Assembly: GCA_037142195.1 (NCBI GenBank)
Contig: JBAXBA010000031.1
Location: 1 to 38,273, forward strand
Direction: 5' to 3'
Origin: Pseudomonadota bacterium
GTDB taxonomy: Bacteria > Bdellovibrionota_B > Oligoflexia > Oligoflexales > CAIMVM01
DNA: 38,273 bases
Shown: positions 1 to 9,218 of the stretch, piece after piece
How positions within the stretch are numbered: position 1 is the first letter of the stretch
Layout of the letters: every line of letters begins with the position of its first letter
Notes under the pieces: model-generated
Database searches by the model: none
Seen by the model: the letters and a program-made list of their open reading frames with translations, nothing else
What the model was told of the DNA's origin: nothing
Position numbers and translations under genes: made by a program

Positions 1-63
1 TACTAAAAGTACTAAAAGTACTAAAAGTACTAAAAGTACTAAAAGTACTAAAAGTACTAAAAG
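1..63. repeat. Perfect 9-bp tandem repeat (TACTAAAAG)x7, cut by the window edge, followed by one degenerate unit (TCTTAAAAT)
   Basis: Read directly from bases 1-72; unit junctions create the palindrome AGTACT. Confidence 0.97.
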
Positions 64-111
64 TCTTAAAATTTATTGAAACGCTGCTCAGAAGCTAGTT
101 AAAAGATAGCT

Positions 112-747
112 TCATTCATATTTTTCTAGATATTTGAATACTCGAGCTCGCTTTTTCTCCGTAAGTTTACGTTGAGTGTATGAAAAAATTTGGACCAGAG
201 AATTGGGCGAAGAAAGATAAAGATCAATTAGCCTTAATAGCGTGCGATCCACAGACGCTCCTGTCAGTAGCCGGCTGAGCGAGGTGATTGGAATATCAAG
301 TAAATTAGCAAAATCTTGCTGGGAAAGACTGTTTTCTGGTAGAAAACCTCGAATATTATTTACCACATCTGCTGGGTGATCTTCTACCACCGGCTCAATG
401 ATAAAGCTTGATGGCCCTCGTTTTCCCAGTTTAATAAGCAGCACCATTAGATCGTCTTCCTCAACCGAGATTCCTACAGAATTGCAGTAGTCCTCATAAG
501 CATGATTTTGAGAGCTCGGGATCCGATCCAAAAATTCAGGAAATAAATTTGTCGATAGAAACTCTTTCTTAACAAGAGGCAATGAGGGTCCAATGGAGAT
601 GCTGTTATTCATGCGCTGATAGGCCTCGTCATAAGCAAAATGAAACTTTTGGTCGGGCTGACGGGTAAGTCGGCCCACATACTGTTTTCTTTCTCGTCTT
701 TCCAAATAAACATCGAGGGCTGATAAGTTAGTTTTATAGTAATGCAT
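112..747 (-). CDS. HipS-like (HipA N-terminal/Couple_hipA domain) protein fused to a C-terminal XRE-type HTH; putative antitoxin/autorepressor
   Basis: N-half has the HipA-N pattern (YVGRL...FHFAYDEAY...SIGPSLPL...LFPEFLDRIP...LLIKLG); C-half has LSQQDFANLLDIPITSLSRLLTG, an XRE HTH; overlaps the kinase stop by 14 nt. Confidence 0.8.
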   Translation of the reverse strand: MHYYKTNLSALDVYLERRERKQYVGRLTRQPDQKFHFAYDEAYQRMNNSISIGPSLPLVKKEFLSTNLFPEFLDRIPSSQNHAYEDYCNSVGISVEEDDLMVLLIKLGKRGPSSFIIEPVVEDHPADVVNNIRGFLPENSLSQQDFANLLDIPITSLSRLLTGASVDRTLLRLIDLYLSSPNSLVQIFSYTQRKLTEKKRARVFKYLEKYE

Positions 748-1692
748 GTCTCATCTCCTCTGCTCGTTCACGAATAAGCTTAAGCATGGCGTCTTTCATT
801 GATGGACTGCAACTTGATCCGGTTACAAGCCCACTAATGATATCAAGGTTAATCCTCTTTGCAAAACGACGCAGCGTACTTTCATATCCAAGCCTAAGAA
901 ATTCCATGACATAGTCTTTCATTACTGGATTTCTGTTGTGAAAAGTTTCAATTCGACCCGAGGGGGAAAACTGAGCTCGAAGCATACTGCCGCTTTCAAG
1001 ACCAAGATAAGAAGGATTGTCGTAAATTGGCGCCAGCTTACATTGCCGCGATGTGTTAATCAGACCGACATTTCGCCCATGACGATCATGGTTGCCAATG
1101 AGAGCATCAAACAAACACATATTGATAAAAGTTTCCACATCCTTAAATTTCCCAGTCTGCTTGTATATAATCGCGATAATGGACTCATATTGGTATGGCT
1201 CATTTTCTGAGAAATAGTGATTGAGGTGTGTGAGAGTCGATGCAACTTTGGACTCAGAAATGAAGTTTTTGGTAACGAATGTTCTGAGTCCACAATAATT
1301 CAATAGATTAAACCATGCTACTGGAATGCCCAGGGATTGAGCGATCTGGTTGGATAAATACTCCACATCCGGAAGTTACGGCGCTACGTTTTCTTCCTTA
1401 ACTTTAAAAATATATTTAGGACCTGCAAGGTCTCCTTGGTATTTTTTGAATTTCCCGTGAAAAAAGCTTTCGGGGAGGGAATGCGAGAGTTGTTTTAAAG
1501 TCCCTAAACCTATTTTTTTAGACCTTAGAGGGTCAGTGGAAATGCTGTATTTCATCACGACTCCCTGAAAGTCCTCCCATTTCTCGAGTTCAAAGATTCT
1601 AAGAAAGCAGTCTTCGTGGAGACCATGGCATTTGTTGTGTTCAGCGAGACTGACGGCTTTTGCACAGGCAAGGCAAGACAAGTCGTGGACAT
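734..1692 (-). pseudogene. HipT/HipA-family Ser/Thr kinase toxin, disrupted by a 5-bp duplication (1667-1676) and an in-frame TAA (1376-1378); about 317 aa when repaired
   Basis: ORFs 1376-1681 and 734-1366 share a frame and read VAP*LPDVEYLSNQIA across the stop; kinase motifs GNHDRHGRN and LAPIYDN; N-terminal CLAC...GLHEDC; ATG at 1692 with RBS GAAAGGG becomes in frame if one GGCAA copy is removed. Confidence 0.85.
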
Positions 1693-1737
1693 AATTGTTC
1701 CCTTTCAGACGACAGCCAATTCACCTCGAACCGCTTG

Positions 1738-1784
1738 TTATACCCAATTGGTGATGTAAATTTTGCATTACCAATTGGGTATAA
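1738..1784. promoter_or_regulatory. Perfect 15-bp inverted repeat TTATACCCAATTGGT-N17-ACCAATTGGGTATAA; putative operator of the hip operon
   Basis: Arms at 1738-1752 and 1770-1784, each with an internal CCAATTGG palindrome; 46-92 nt upstream of the kinase ATG. Confidence 0.75.
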
Positions 1785-1977
1785 GATATCGTACTATAGA
1801 TTTTTTTCAAATAGCAATAGAAGTAGCGCTGAATAGAGGTTTACGCTTTAAAATGAGTCGTTCTGCAAGGATAGAAGCCGTTGGACAAACAGTTAGGCAA
1901 AAACTTATGGAACTTGACCGTTTGTCTTACAACTGCCCGTAATTACTAGATTACCGATAGCCGTGTTAAGAAACCAT

Positions 1978-3444
1978 TTAAGCTTTTCTCCATTTAGCCA
2001 TATCTCCTAGCATGTAGACTTGGCCAAGCAGAGTCTTTCTGAAGTCGTCAAGATTTAAGGACTCATTTTCCGAATGGGCATTGGTATAAGGATCTTCGAC
2101 GCCGACTAAAATGGCTGGAATTCCACCTAGCTCATCGCTCAGAGGTTGAACAAACGGAATACTGGCTCCACATCCCACAAATTGAGTGGTCCTTCCATAT
2201 CCTTTTTCTAAAGATCTTGCGGCAATTTGATAGACATCATCAGACTGATTTGAAATCGCCCACCAATTACCAGCACTCTGAGGAGTCACTTTCAAACGAA
2301 ATCCTGGGGGACAGAGTGATTCCATATAAGAAGTAATTTGAGCGACTACTTTTTCAGGCTTCATATTTGGGACTATTCTCACGGAAAGCCTAGCCCAAGC
2401 ACCGTCCTGTATCACATTGGAAACCAACTTTCTCGAACCTGACTCAATCGCATTTATAGAGAGCGAAGGCGCATGCCAAAGGTGCTCAGCCATGTCCCTT
2501 TCGGAAACCGTGAAAGGCAGCTCACTGCGAAGTCCTGTAGCTTTGCGGGCCAAAGACTCTAGTTTAAGGGTGCTAAGCCTGTTCTTCTCCGAAGAAGACA
2601 AAGACCCAACATCATCATAAATACCGGGTACTTTGATATGCCCTTTTTCATCTGTAAGACCAGAAAGGATCTTAGACAATGCAAAAATAGGATCCGGCAA
2701 AATTCCGCCCCAAAGCCCTGAATGAACCGGATGGGACATGGTTTCAATCTCAACATCAATGGCACACAGCCCCCGAAGAGCCGTCGTTATAGAGGGAATT
2801 CCACTGTCAATATTGGCACAGTCAGTTAAGACCATGGCATCTGCTTCAAGGCTGCTTTTATAGCGCCTGACAAACTCTGCCAAGTGAGTAGATCCCGTTT
2901 CTTCTTCACCCTCAATCAAAATCTTCACGTTGACGGGAAGCTCACCTGCAGTCTTTAAATAGGCCGCGATCGCTGCCGTATGGGCAATGATGCCAGCTTT
3001 ATCATCGGCAGTTCCCCTACCATACAAGCGGCCTTGGCTTTCTTTAGGCTTAAAGGGATCGGAGTCCCACTTATCTCTCCGCCCAGCAGGTTGCACGTCG
3101 TGATGTGCATAGAGCAACAAGGTTGGACGATCAGGTTTATGAATCCAGTCGGCATAGATATAAGGATGTACATCCCCAAACTGCATGATCTTTACATTTT
3201 CTAGTCCCGTTCTATGAAAGAGTTCCGCGGTTGCTTCTGCGGAAAGAGACATGGGCTTAGAGCCAAATTCATCCAAAGAGACACTAGGGATCGCAGCCAG
3301 TGTCTTTAAATCTTCCAAAGACGAACTCAAATGAGCTTCCAGATAATCGACCGCGGCGGCAGTTTCTTGGGAAGGCTTTACAATAAAAAGAGGCTCTCCC
3401 TTTTCATTTTTACAACCACATGTCGGCCCATGTAAATGATTCAT
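1978..3444 (-). CDS. M20/M25/M40-family metallo-dipeptidase
   Basis: Motifs YAHHDVQP, YGRGTADDK, EGEEETGS, HSGLWGG, NAHSENE. Confidence 0.93.
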   Translation of the reverse strand: MNHLHGPTCGCKNEKGEPLFIVKPSQETAAAVDYLEAHLSSSLEDLKTLAAIPSVSLDEFGSKPMSLSAEATAELFHRTGLENVKIMQFGDVHPYIYADWIHKPDRPTLLLYAHHDVQPAGRRDKWDSDPFKPKESQGRLYGRGTADDKAGIIAHTAAIAAYLKTAGELPVNVKILIEGEEETGSTHLAEFVRRYKSSLEADAMVLTDCANIDSGIPSITTALRGLCAIDVEIETMSHPVHSGLWGGILPDPIFALSKILSGLTDEKGHIKVPGIYDDVGSLSSSEKNRLSTLKLESLARKATGLRSELPFTVSERDMAEHLWHAPSLSINAIESGSRKLVSNVIQDGAWARLSVRIVPNMKPEKVVAQITSYMESLCPPGFRLKVTPQSAGNWWAISNQSDDVYQIAARSLEKGYGRTTQFVGCGASIPFVQPLSDELGGIPAILVGVEDPYTNAHSENESLNLDDFRKTLLGQVYMLGDMAKWRKA

Positions 3445-3451
3445 TTGTCTC

Positions 3452-4543
3452 TCACTTTTTCCAAATTAGTCCCATGCCCTTACCAGTGGGACAAATTAAC
3501 TTTGCTTTGCCTGGATGCCAAGGACTTTCTTCAGTTAAAGTATCTTGAAAAAAGAAGGGCGTGTCTAAGTCTAACCAGTTTATGAGCCCTCCCCCACAAG
3601 CAAAATGAAGGGAGGCTGTCATGGCAATTTCAGATTCGACCATGCCTCCTATCATAAGATCTAATTCGGCACTTTTGGCAATATTTGCGATCATAACGGC
3701 TTCATGAATCCCTGATTTCATAAATTTCAAATTGATCATCCTACAGCATTTGCCAACTACGGCCTTTATGGCGTCCTCTTTCGTTTTGACGAGCTCGTCT
3801 GCACAAATAGGAATAGATGTTTTATGGGTGAGCTCCGCCATTCCTTCAAATTCTTTTTCAGGAAGCGGCTGTTCAAATAAGGTAGGAGTGATCCCTCTCT
3901 TTAATAGAGAATCCAACAATTGTAAGGAAGATTCCACGGTACAACCTTGATTGCCATCCAAGCTGATTTTTGTTCCGCGGGGCGCGCATCTAGCGATTTC
4001 TTCGACCCTGTCTGCGTCGACAGAAACGGCATTTCCACCAACCTTTACTTTAATTTCAGAAAACTCATGATGGGAGAACACTCCCCAAAACTTAGGAACT
4101 CGATCTACGCTCATTATTGGTAACGTGATATCGGTGCGCAGGGACTCTAGGTTTGCTAAGCCAAATGCTCGGCTTAGGGAAATACCCATCTGCTTTGCCC
4201 TAATATCCAAAAAAGCCATTTCTAGTCCCGTTAAGACGGTAGGAGAGCGAGACCAATATTTTTCCCTCAATGTTCCCAAAATATCTCGCAACGACTCGTC
4301 AACGGACTTGCCTATAAAACCTGGCAGAATTTCTTTGGCGATTTGACTGACAATTTCTGCATTATCTAACGTTAAGACAGGAAATGGTGCCGCTTCTCCC
4401 ATCCCAAGATTACCTGTTGAGTCTTTCACAAAGAAGAAGACATTGTCGGAACTTTCCATCGTTCCCTTGGAAATGGCAAAGGACATCTTTAATCCTAAAT
4501 TTTTTCTTTCAAACCAAATCTCTTCTACTAGGGGCTCTTTCAT
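3452..4543 (-). CDS. Dipeptide epimerase (L-Ala-D/L-Glu epimerase-like, enolase superfamily)
   Basis: GEAAP, KVKVG, DGNQG, FEQP, ADE, INLKFMKSG, DLD motifs; start placed at ATG 4543 behind RBS GGAAGGAG. Confidence 0.9.
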   Translation of the reverse strand: MKEPLVEEIWFERKNLGLKMSFAISKGTMESSDNVFFFVKDSTGNLGMGEAAPFPVLTLDNAEIVSQIAKEILPGFIGKSVDESLRDILGTLREKYWSRSPTVLTGLEMAFLDIRAKQMGISLSRAFGLANLESLRTDITLPIMSVDRVPKFWGVFSHHEFSEIKVKVGGNAVSVDADRVEEIARCAPRGTKISLDGNQGCTVESSLQLLDSLLKRGITPTLFEQPLPEKEFEGMAELTHKTSIPICADELVKTKEDAIKAVVGKCCRMINLKFMKSGIHEAVMIANIAKSAELDLMIGGMVESEIAMTASLHFACGGGLINWLDLDTPFFFQDTLTEESPWHPGKAKLICPTGKGMGLIWKK

Positions 4544-4757
4544 CTGTCTCCTTCCGACATCTTTATGGAAACTAGCCCCCAAGTTGGGACTGGACTATCT
4601 TGGCTTAAGGTCAGCCACTTAAATTATACGCGCCCTCGCAGGCATATTGCAACTATCCGATTATACTGCGATAAAAGCCCTAACTTATGATTCGCTATAA
4701 TTTCCTTAAGGAACCCACAAAACCCCCGATGAGGAGCGCAAGACGAGGAGACTCGAA

Positions 4758-5642
4758 ATGCGACGCTTAATGTTATTTTACCTTAGTAGCCAAATTGTAG
4801 TGAGCACTCTTTCACGGGGAAATACCTTTGAGAGAGCTGCAAAGCATGGCCACATAGGAGAGACGGGAACTCTTCATCAAACAGATGAAGGTTACTTTAT
4901 TCATCCTTTTTACAATGATTTTTTTGGGGGCACAGATCGACATTTGACCAATATGTTCTATTTAGGAGGCCTTTGGGAAATAGACTCTGGGGATAGTCTT
5001 GAAATCACGGGAAATTGGCGATTTATTACCCCAGACACTAGAACGAAATTTGAGAAGACAGATACCGCTAGTCGCGACGGAGTGTTTTCTGACTGGATTT
5101 CCATTGATTCGGCCTATAGAAAGTCTTTTAATACGGACTTTGGAATCTACTTTGGCCAGCTTGATACGGGCTTTGGAAATATAGGAAATCATGGTGCCAA
5201 AACGATTCAAAGTTCATTTCATCGTGCTATGAACAATATTTCCTCCAATCTCTATTACGATTCACCGGTTGAAGGAAATACCTTGTCCTCTGGTTTTCAA
5301 ACCGGACGCCTGGGTAACTTATGGGGATCCGAATACCAAATGATTGTCGGAGCTCACAGCAACCCTTTTATGAAGGAAGGTTATGCTCAAACTTCATTAA
5401 ATTTACCATTTGGAAGAAACAAAGGAGTCACTTTCGACTTTAGACAAATCAGGCAATTCACCAGCGAACTCTACGAAAGTTATGGTCTTCGCCCATTTCG
5501 CCATGAATTTGCTATAGGATTAAAATTAGGCAAAAGTTGGGTCCCTACCCTCAAGTTTGTAAGTCCTTTCATTTCAAAAGACAACGGCTGGCAAACCTAT
5601 CTCGATATCGTTTCTGTAAATATGCCTTCTTCGAGTCACTAA
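4758..5642 (+). CDS. Outer-membrane beta-barrel, LpxR-like lipid A deacylase/modifier family (DUF2219)
   Basis: Signal-peptide-like N-terminus; ND...TDRHLT motif and QSSFHR helix resemble LpxR family; alternating beta-strand pattern; RBS GAGGAG. Confidence 0.6.
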   Translation: MRRLMLFYLSSQIVVSTLSRGNTFERAAKHGHIGETGTLHQTDEGYFIHPFYNDFFGGTDRHLTNMFYLGGLWEIDSGDSLEITGNWRFITPDTRTKFEKTDTASRDGVFSDWISIDSAYRKSFNTDFGIYFGQLDTGFGNIGNHGAKTIQSSFHRAMNNISSNLYYDSPVEGNTLSSGFQTGRLGNLWGSEYQMIVGAHSNPFMKEGYAQTSLNLPFGRNKGVTFDFRQIRQFTSELYESYGLRPFRHEFAIGLKLGKSWVPTLKFVSPFISKDNGWQTYLDIVSVNMPSSSH

Positions 5643-5721
5643 ACCGGGTCTTTTATCCTTGAGGCAAGCTATACTCTAGGTTACCATCCAGGGAATAAAC
5701 CACTCAAAGGATTTTAGTGAA

Positions 5722-7152
5722 GTGACCCTGAATGAAAATGTTTCCTATATAGTAGTCGATCTTGACGGTACTCTAGTTAGCACAGACACTCTCATTGAAA
5801 GTCTATTTAAACTCATAAAAAGCCAGCCAGCCCTCCTCTTCCAAATCCCATTTTGGCTGCTCAAAGGAAAAGCTGGCTTTAAAATAGAAGTCGCGAAGCA
5901 TATCTCCCTAGATCCTGCTCAACTACCTTATAACAACGAATTGTTGCACTACTTGCGTCGCGAGCGGGCTAAAGGCCGAAAGCTGATTCTCGCTACAGCG
6001 GCTCATGAGTCCATTGCTATGGGCATTTCAGAACACCTAGGCTTCTTTGAGCGGGTATTAAGCACAAATGAAGAATCCTTAAATTTAGCCGGAAAGGCAA
6101 AGTCGCAAGCGATTCCTGCGGACTGCCGGCCTTTCTTTTACGCAGGTAATGCCAAAATAGATCTCGAGGTTTGGCGCGAATCCGCAGGGGCCGTTGTCGT
6201 AGGACCAAGCTCCCTGCGAAAACAGGCCGAAAAAATAGCGACGGTTGTAAAGTGGATTGAGCCTGAGCAATCAAGATGGACCGCCTGGAATAAGGCTCTT
6301 CGCATCCATCAATGGGCGAAAAATCTTTTGATTTTTCTTCCCCTGATACTCGCCCATCGCCTTGAAGAAGCCACCCTATGGTGGAACGCTTTTCTAGGAT
6401 TTGTAGCTTTTTCGGTGATCGCCTCTAGTGTTTATATTCTAAATGACATTGTGGATCTGGATTCCGATCGTCAACACCCAGAAAAGAGAAACCGCCCGCT
6501 TGCCCGAGGAAGTGTTTCTCTTCCCCAAGGACTGGTTATGGCAGGTCTTCTCTTCATATTGGGAATGGGAATCGCTGCTTGGGCCAATGAGCGCTTATTG
6601 TTAGCTCTCCTTGGGTACTATATTCTGACGACCATCTATTCCTTTAAGTTAAAGAAGATTCCCATCTTAGACGCCTTTACTTTAGCTGGGCTCTATACTT
6701 GGAGGATTCTTTCAGGGGGTGTGGTTACAGAAACACGCCTCACTTTCTGGCTCATGGCGTTTTCTATGTTTTTCTTTTTGAGTTTGGCATTTGCTAAACG
6801 CTCCACCGAACTCAAGCTTATGATTTCTCTGAATAAGAAGAAAGCGAGTGGTAGGGGTTACTTTACGGAAGATCTATCCATGGTAAACGCCTTGGGAGTG
6901 GGATCAGGAATGGCGTCGGTAGTTATCTTTGCCATGTATGTGAATCAGCCTGTCATAGTGCAACTTTACCAGTCACCACGATATCTTTTGGCCGTTGCTA
7001 TTGTATTGCTATACTGGATTTCAAGAGTTTGGCTACTCACAGACCGAGGCCAAATGAATTCCGATCCTATTCTTTTTGCCGTCAAAGACAAATCCAGTTA
7101 TTTTCTTTTGCTCGTTATAGCCCTTTCTCTATTAGCTTCTAAACTACTTTAA
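5722..7152 (+). CDS. HAD-like domain fused to UbiA-family prenyltransferase (polyprenyl-phosphate phosphoribosyltransferase-like)
   Basis: VDLDGTL N-terminus; RIHQWAKN, YILNDIVDLDSDRQHPEKRNRPLARG, AFAKR, DPILFA motifs. Confidence 0.92.
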   Translation: MTLNENVSYIVVDLDGTLVSTDTLIESLFKLIKSQPALLFQIPFWLLKGKAGFKIEVAKHISLDPAQLPYNNELLHYLRRERAKGRKLILATAAHESIAMGISEHLGFFERVLSTNEESLNLAGKAKSQAIPADCRPFFYAGNAKIDLEVWRESAGAVVVGPSSLRKQAEKIATVVKWIEPEQSRWTAWNKALRIHQWAKNLLIFLPLILAHRLEEATLWWNAFLGFVAFSVIASSVYILNDIVDLDSDRQHPEKRNRPLARGSVSLPQGLVMAGLLFILGMGIAAWANERLLLALLGYYILTTIYSFKLKKIPILDAFTLAGLYTWRILSGGVVTETRLTFWLMAFSMFFFLSLAFAKRSTELKLMISLNKKKASGRGYFTEDLSMVNALGVGSGMASVVIFAMYVNQPVIVQLYQSPRYLLAVAIVLLYWISRVWLLTDRGQMNSDPILFAVKDKSSYFLLLVIALSLLASKLL

Positions 7153-7159
7153 GGCATGG

Positions 7160-8470
7160 ATGAAAACTAATAATTATGAATCTTGGGGTCGTTTCTTTCA
7201 CTTCTCACATGCGGTAATCCAGCCAGCTTGGATTCCGGATGTGGTAGAATCATTAAAAAAGAATAGAAATCAAATCATTTTGCCCTATGGACTAGGGCGA
7301 AGCTACGGTGATTCCTGCTTAAACCAAGACCATACCTTAATGGACATGAAAAGCTTGAACCGTTTCGTGTCTTTTAATCGTGAAACCGGCCACATAAGAT
7401 GTGAAGCGGGCGTGACTCTCGGAAATATACTGGATCTAGCCATTCCCCACGGGTGGTTTTTGCCGGTCTCCCCTGGCACTAAATATGTGACTTTGGGCGG
7501 TGCCGTTGCCAATGATGTGCATGGAAAGAATCATCATGTCAGAGGAACTATGGGAAGTCACATTACCGCGATGAAGCTTCTAAGAACCGATGGCACCATT
7601 CATGATTTAACTCCAGAAATGCCGTTATTTAAGGCAACCGTTGCTGGCCTGGGGCTGACAGGGATCATGCTGGAAATTGAACTTAAACTCATTAAGGAAA
7701 TCCCTTGGTTTGATACGGAAAACATTAAATTCGGTGGTCTTGATGAATTTTTTCAAATCTCTGATGAATCCGATTTATCCCATGAGTATACGGTCGCTTG
7801 GGTAGACTGCGTTTCTACTGGGAAAAATTTAGGCCGGGGCATCTTTATGCGCGGCAACCACTCAAAGGATTCATCACTTCCCCATAAGTCGGTGAAACCA
7901 AAGCTGATGGTGCCCTTCAACTTCCCTGAAGCCGCCCTTTCCAAGCCAACGATTCAAGTATTTAATCAACTTTTCTATCACAAACAGATTTCGAAATCGA
8001 TGGTGAGCACAGTGCATTATGATCCCTTTTTCTACCCGTTGGATAAGATTCATGATTGGAACAAAATTTACGGAAAGCGAGGCTTTTTCCAGTATCAATT
8101 CGTCATTCCCTCCAGCGAGAAAAATGCACTTAGAGAGATTTTCAGTCGCATTGCTCGCTCGGGGATGAGTTCCTTTCTTGCCGTACTTAAAAAGTTTGGG
8201 GATGTCCCTTCACCTGGAATTTTATCCTTTCCTGAGCCTGGCTATACCTTGGCCCTCGATTTTGCAAATATGGGTCAAAAGACGGATAAACTCTTTCAGA
8301 TCTTAGACCGCATCGTCGACGATGCCGGTGGAAAACTTTATCCCGCTAAAGACAGTAAAATGGACTCTCGTCAGTTTAAAAACTATTACCCTGAATTTGA
8401 AGATTTCAAACAATGGATGGATCCTAATATTTCATCCAGTTTTATCAGGAGAGTTGTAAAAAATGGCTAA
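7160..8470 (+). CDS. FAD-binding oxidoreductase, DprE1-like (polyprenylphosphoryl-ribose 2'-oxidase)
   Basis: GLGRSYGD, PVSPGTKYVTLGGAVANDVHGKNHH, FFYPLD, GYTLALDF, LYPAKDS. Confidence 0.92.
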   Translation: MKTNNYESWGRFFHFSHAVIQPAWIPDVVESLKKNRNQIILPYGLGRSYGDSCLNQDHTLMDMKSLNRFVSFNRETGHIRCEAGVTLGNILDLAIPHGWFLPVSPGTKYVTLGGAVANDVHGKNHHVRGTMGSHITAMKLLRTDGTIHDLTPEMPLFKATVAGLGLTGIMLEIELKLIKEIPWFDTENIKFGGLDEFFQISDESDLSHEYTVAWVDCVSTGKNLGRGIFMRGNHSKDSSLPHKSVKPKLMVPFNFPEAALSKPTIQVFNQLFYHKQISKSMVSTVHYDPFFYPLDKIHDWNKIYGKRGFFQYQFVIPSSEKNALREIFSRIARSGMSSFLAVLKKFGDVPSPGILSFPEPGYTLALDFANMGQKTDKLFQILDRIVDDAGGKLYPAKDSKMDSRQFKNYYPEFEDFKQWMDPNISSSFIRRVVKNG

Positions 8471-9206
8471 AAATATAGTCGTCATCGGAGCCACATCTGC
8501 CATTGCCCTTCATGCTTGCCGATTTTGGGCTAAAGAGAATGCTAACTTTTTCTTGGTAGCCAGGGATGACGTGAAGCTGTCTCGAGTGAGAGAAGATTTG
8601 ATATCCTTTGGAGCCACTCGCGTCGTGCTTCACCCACAGGATCTCCTAGATCAAAGTGCGCACCCGAGAATTATAGAGGAAGCATCCAAATGCTTCGAAA
8701 AAGTGGACCACCTTTTAGTTGCCCACGGCACTCTTCTTGACCAAACTCAAGCAGCTGGAAACGCAGAAATGGCCATGTCAGAGATAAATGCGAATTTTCT
8801 CTCTCAGGTTTCTCTTCTGATTCTCTTTTCGCGAGTATTCGTAACTCAAAAAGAGGGAAATATAGGCGTCATCTCTTCCGTAGCTGGCGACCGGGGTCGC
8901 ATGAGTAATTTTGTATATGGAAGTGCCAAGGGTGGACTCTCGGTGTTTTGTGAAGGACTGCGAAATTATCTCTACCATCAGGGCGTATCCTTAACACTCA
9001 TCAAGCCTGGCATGGTTGCGACTCCTATGACCCAATCCCTTAATATCCAAAGTCCTTTATTGGCAAAGCCAGAATTAGTGGGACAAGAAATTGCCAAGGG
9101 CATGACCCGGCACCGAAAAGTCATCTATACGCCATTCTATTGGCGGACGGTTATGTTTATCATTCGGCATATCCCTAGTTTTCTATTTGATCGCCTCAAA
9201 TTGTAA
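8463..9206 (+). CDS. SDR oxidoreductase, DprE2-like
   Basis: IGATSAIA, ISSVAGDRGR.SNFVYGSAK, KPGMVATPMT; overlaps the DprE1-like gene. Confidence 0.9.
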   Translation: MAKNIVVIGATSAIALHACRFWAKENANFFLVARDDVKLSRVREDLISFGATRVVLHPQDLLDQSAHPRIIEEASKCFEKVDHLLVAHGTLLDQTQAAGNAEMAMSEINANFLSQVSLLILFSRVFVTQKEGNIGVISSVAGDRGRMSNFVYGSAKGGLSVFCEGLRNYLYHQGVSLTLIKPGMVATPMTQSLNIQSPLLAKPELVGQEIAKGMTRHRKVIYTPFYWRTVMFIIRHIPSFLFDRLKL

Positions 9207-9218
9207 CAGGAGTCTCAT

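Noticed and set aside
1..72. Possible CRISPR array
   Set aside because: 9-bp head-to-tail units with no spacers and no cas genes in the window
734..1681. Two separate genes (101 aa and 210 aa) as in the ORF track
   Set aside because: Same frame, continuous kinase sequence across one stop, and neither track start has a well-placed RBS
1853..1942. 29-aa plus-strand ORF (MSRSARIEAVGQTVRQKLMEL...) as a hipB remnant
   Set aside because: Only a faint likeness to an XRE first helix, no HTH follows and the RBS is poorly spaced
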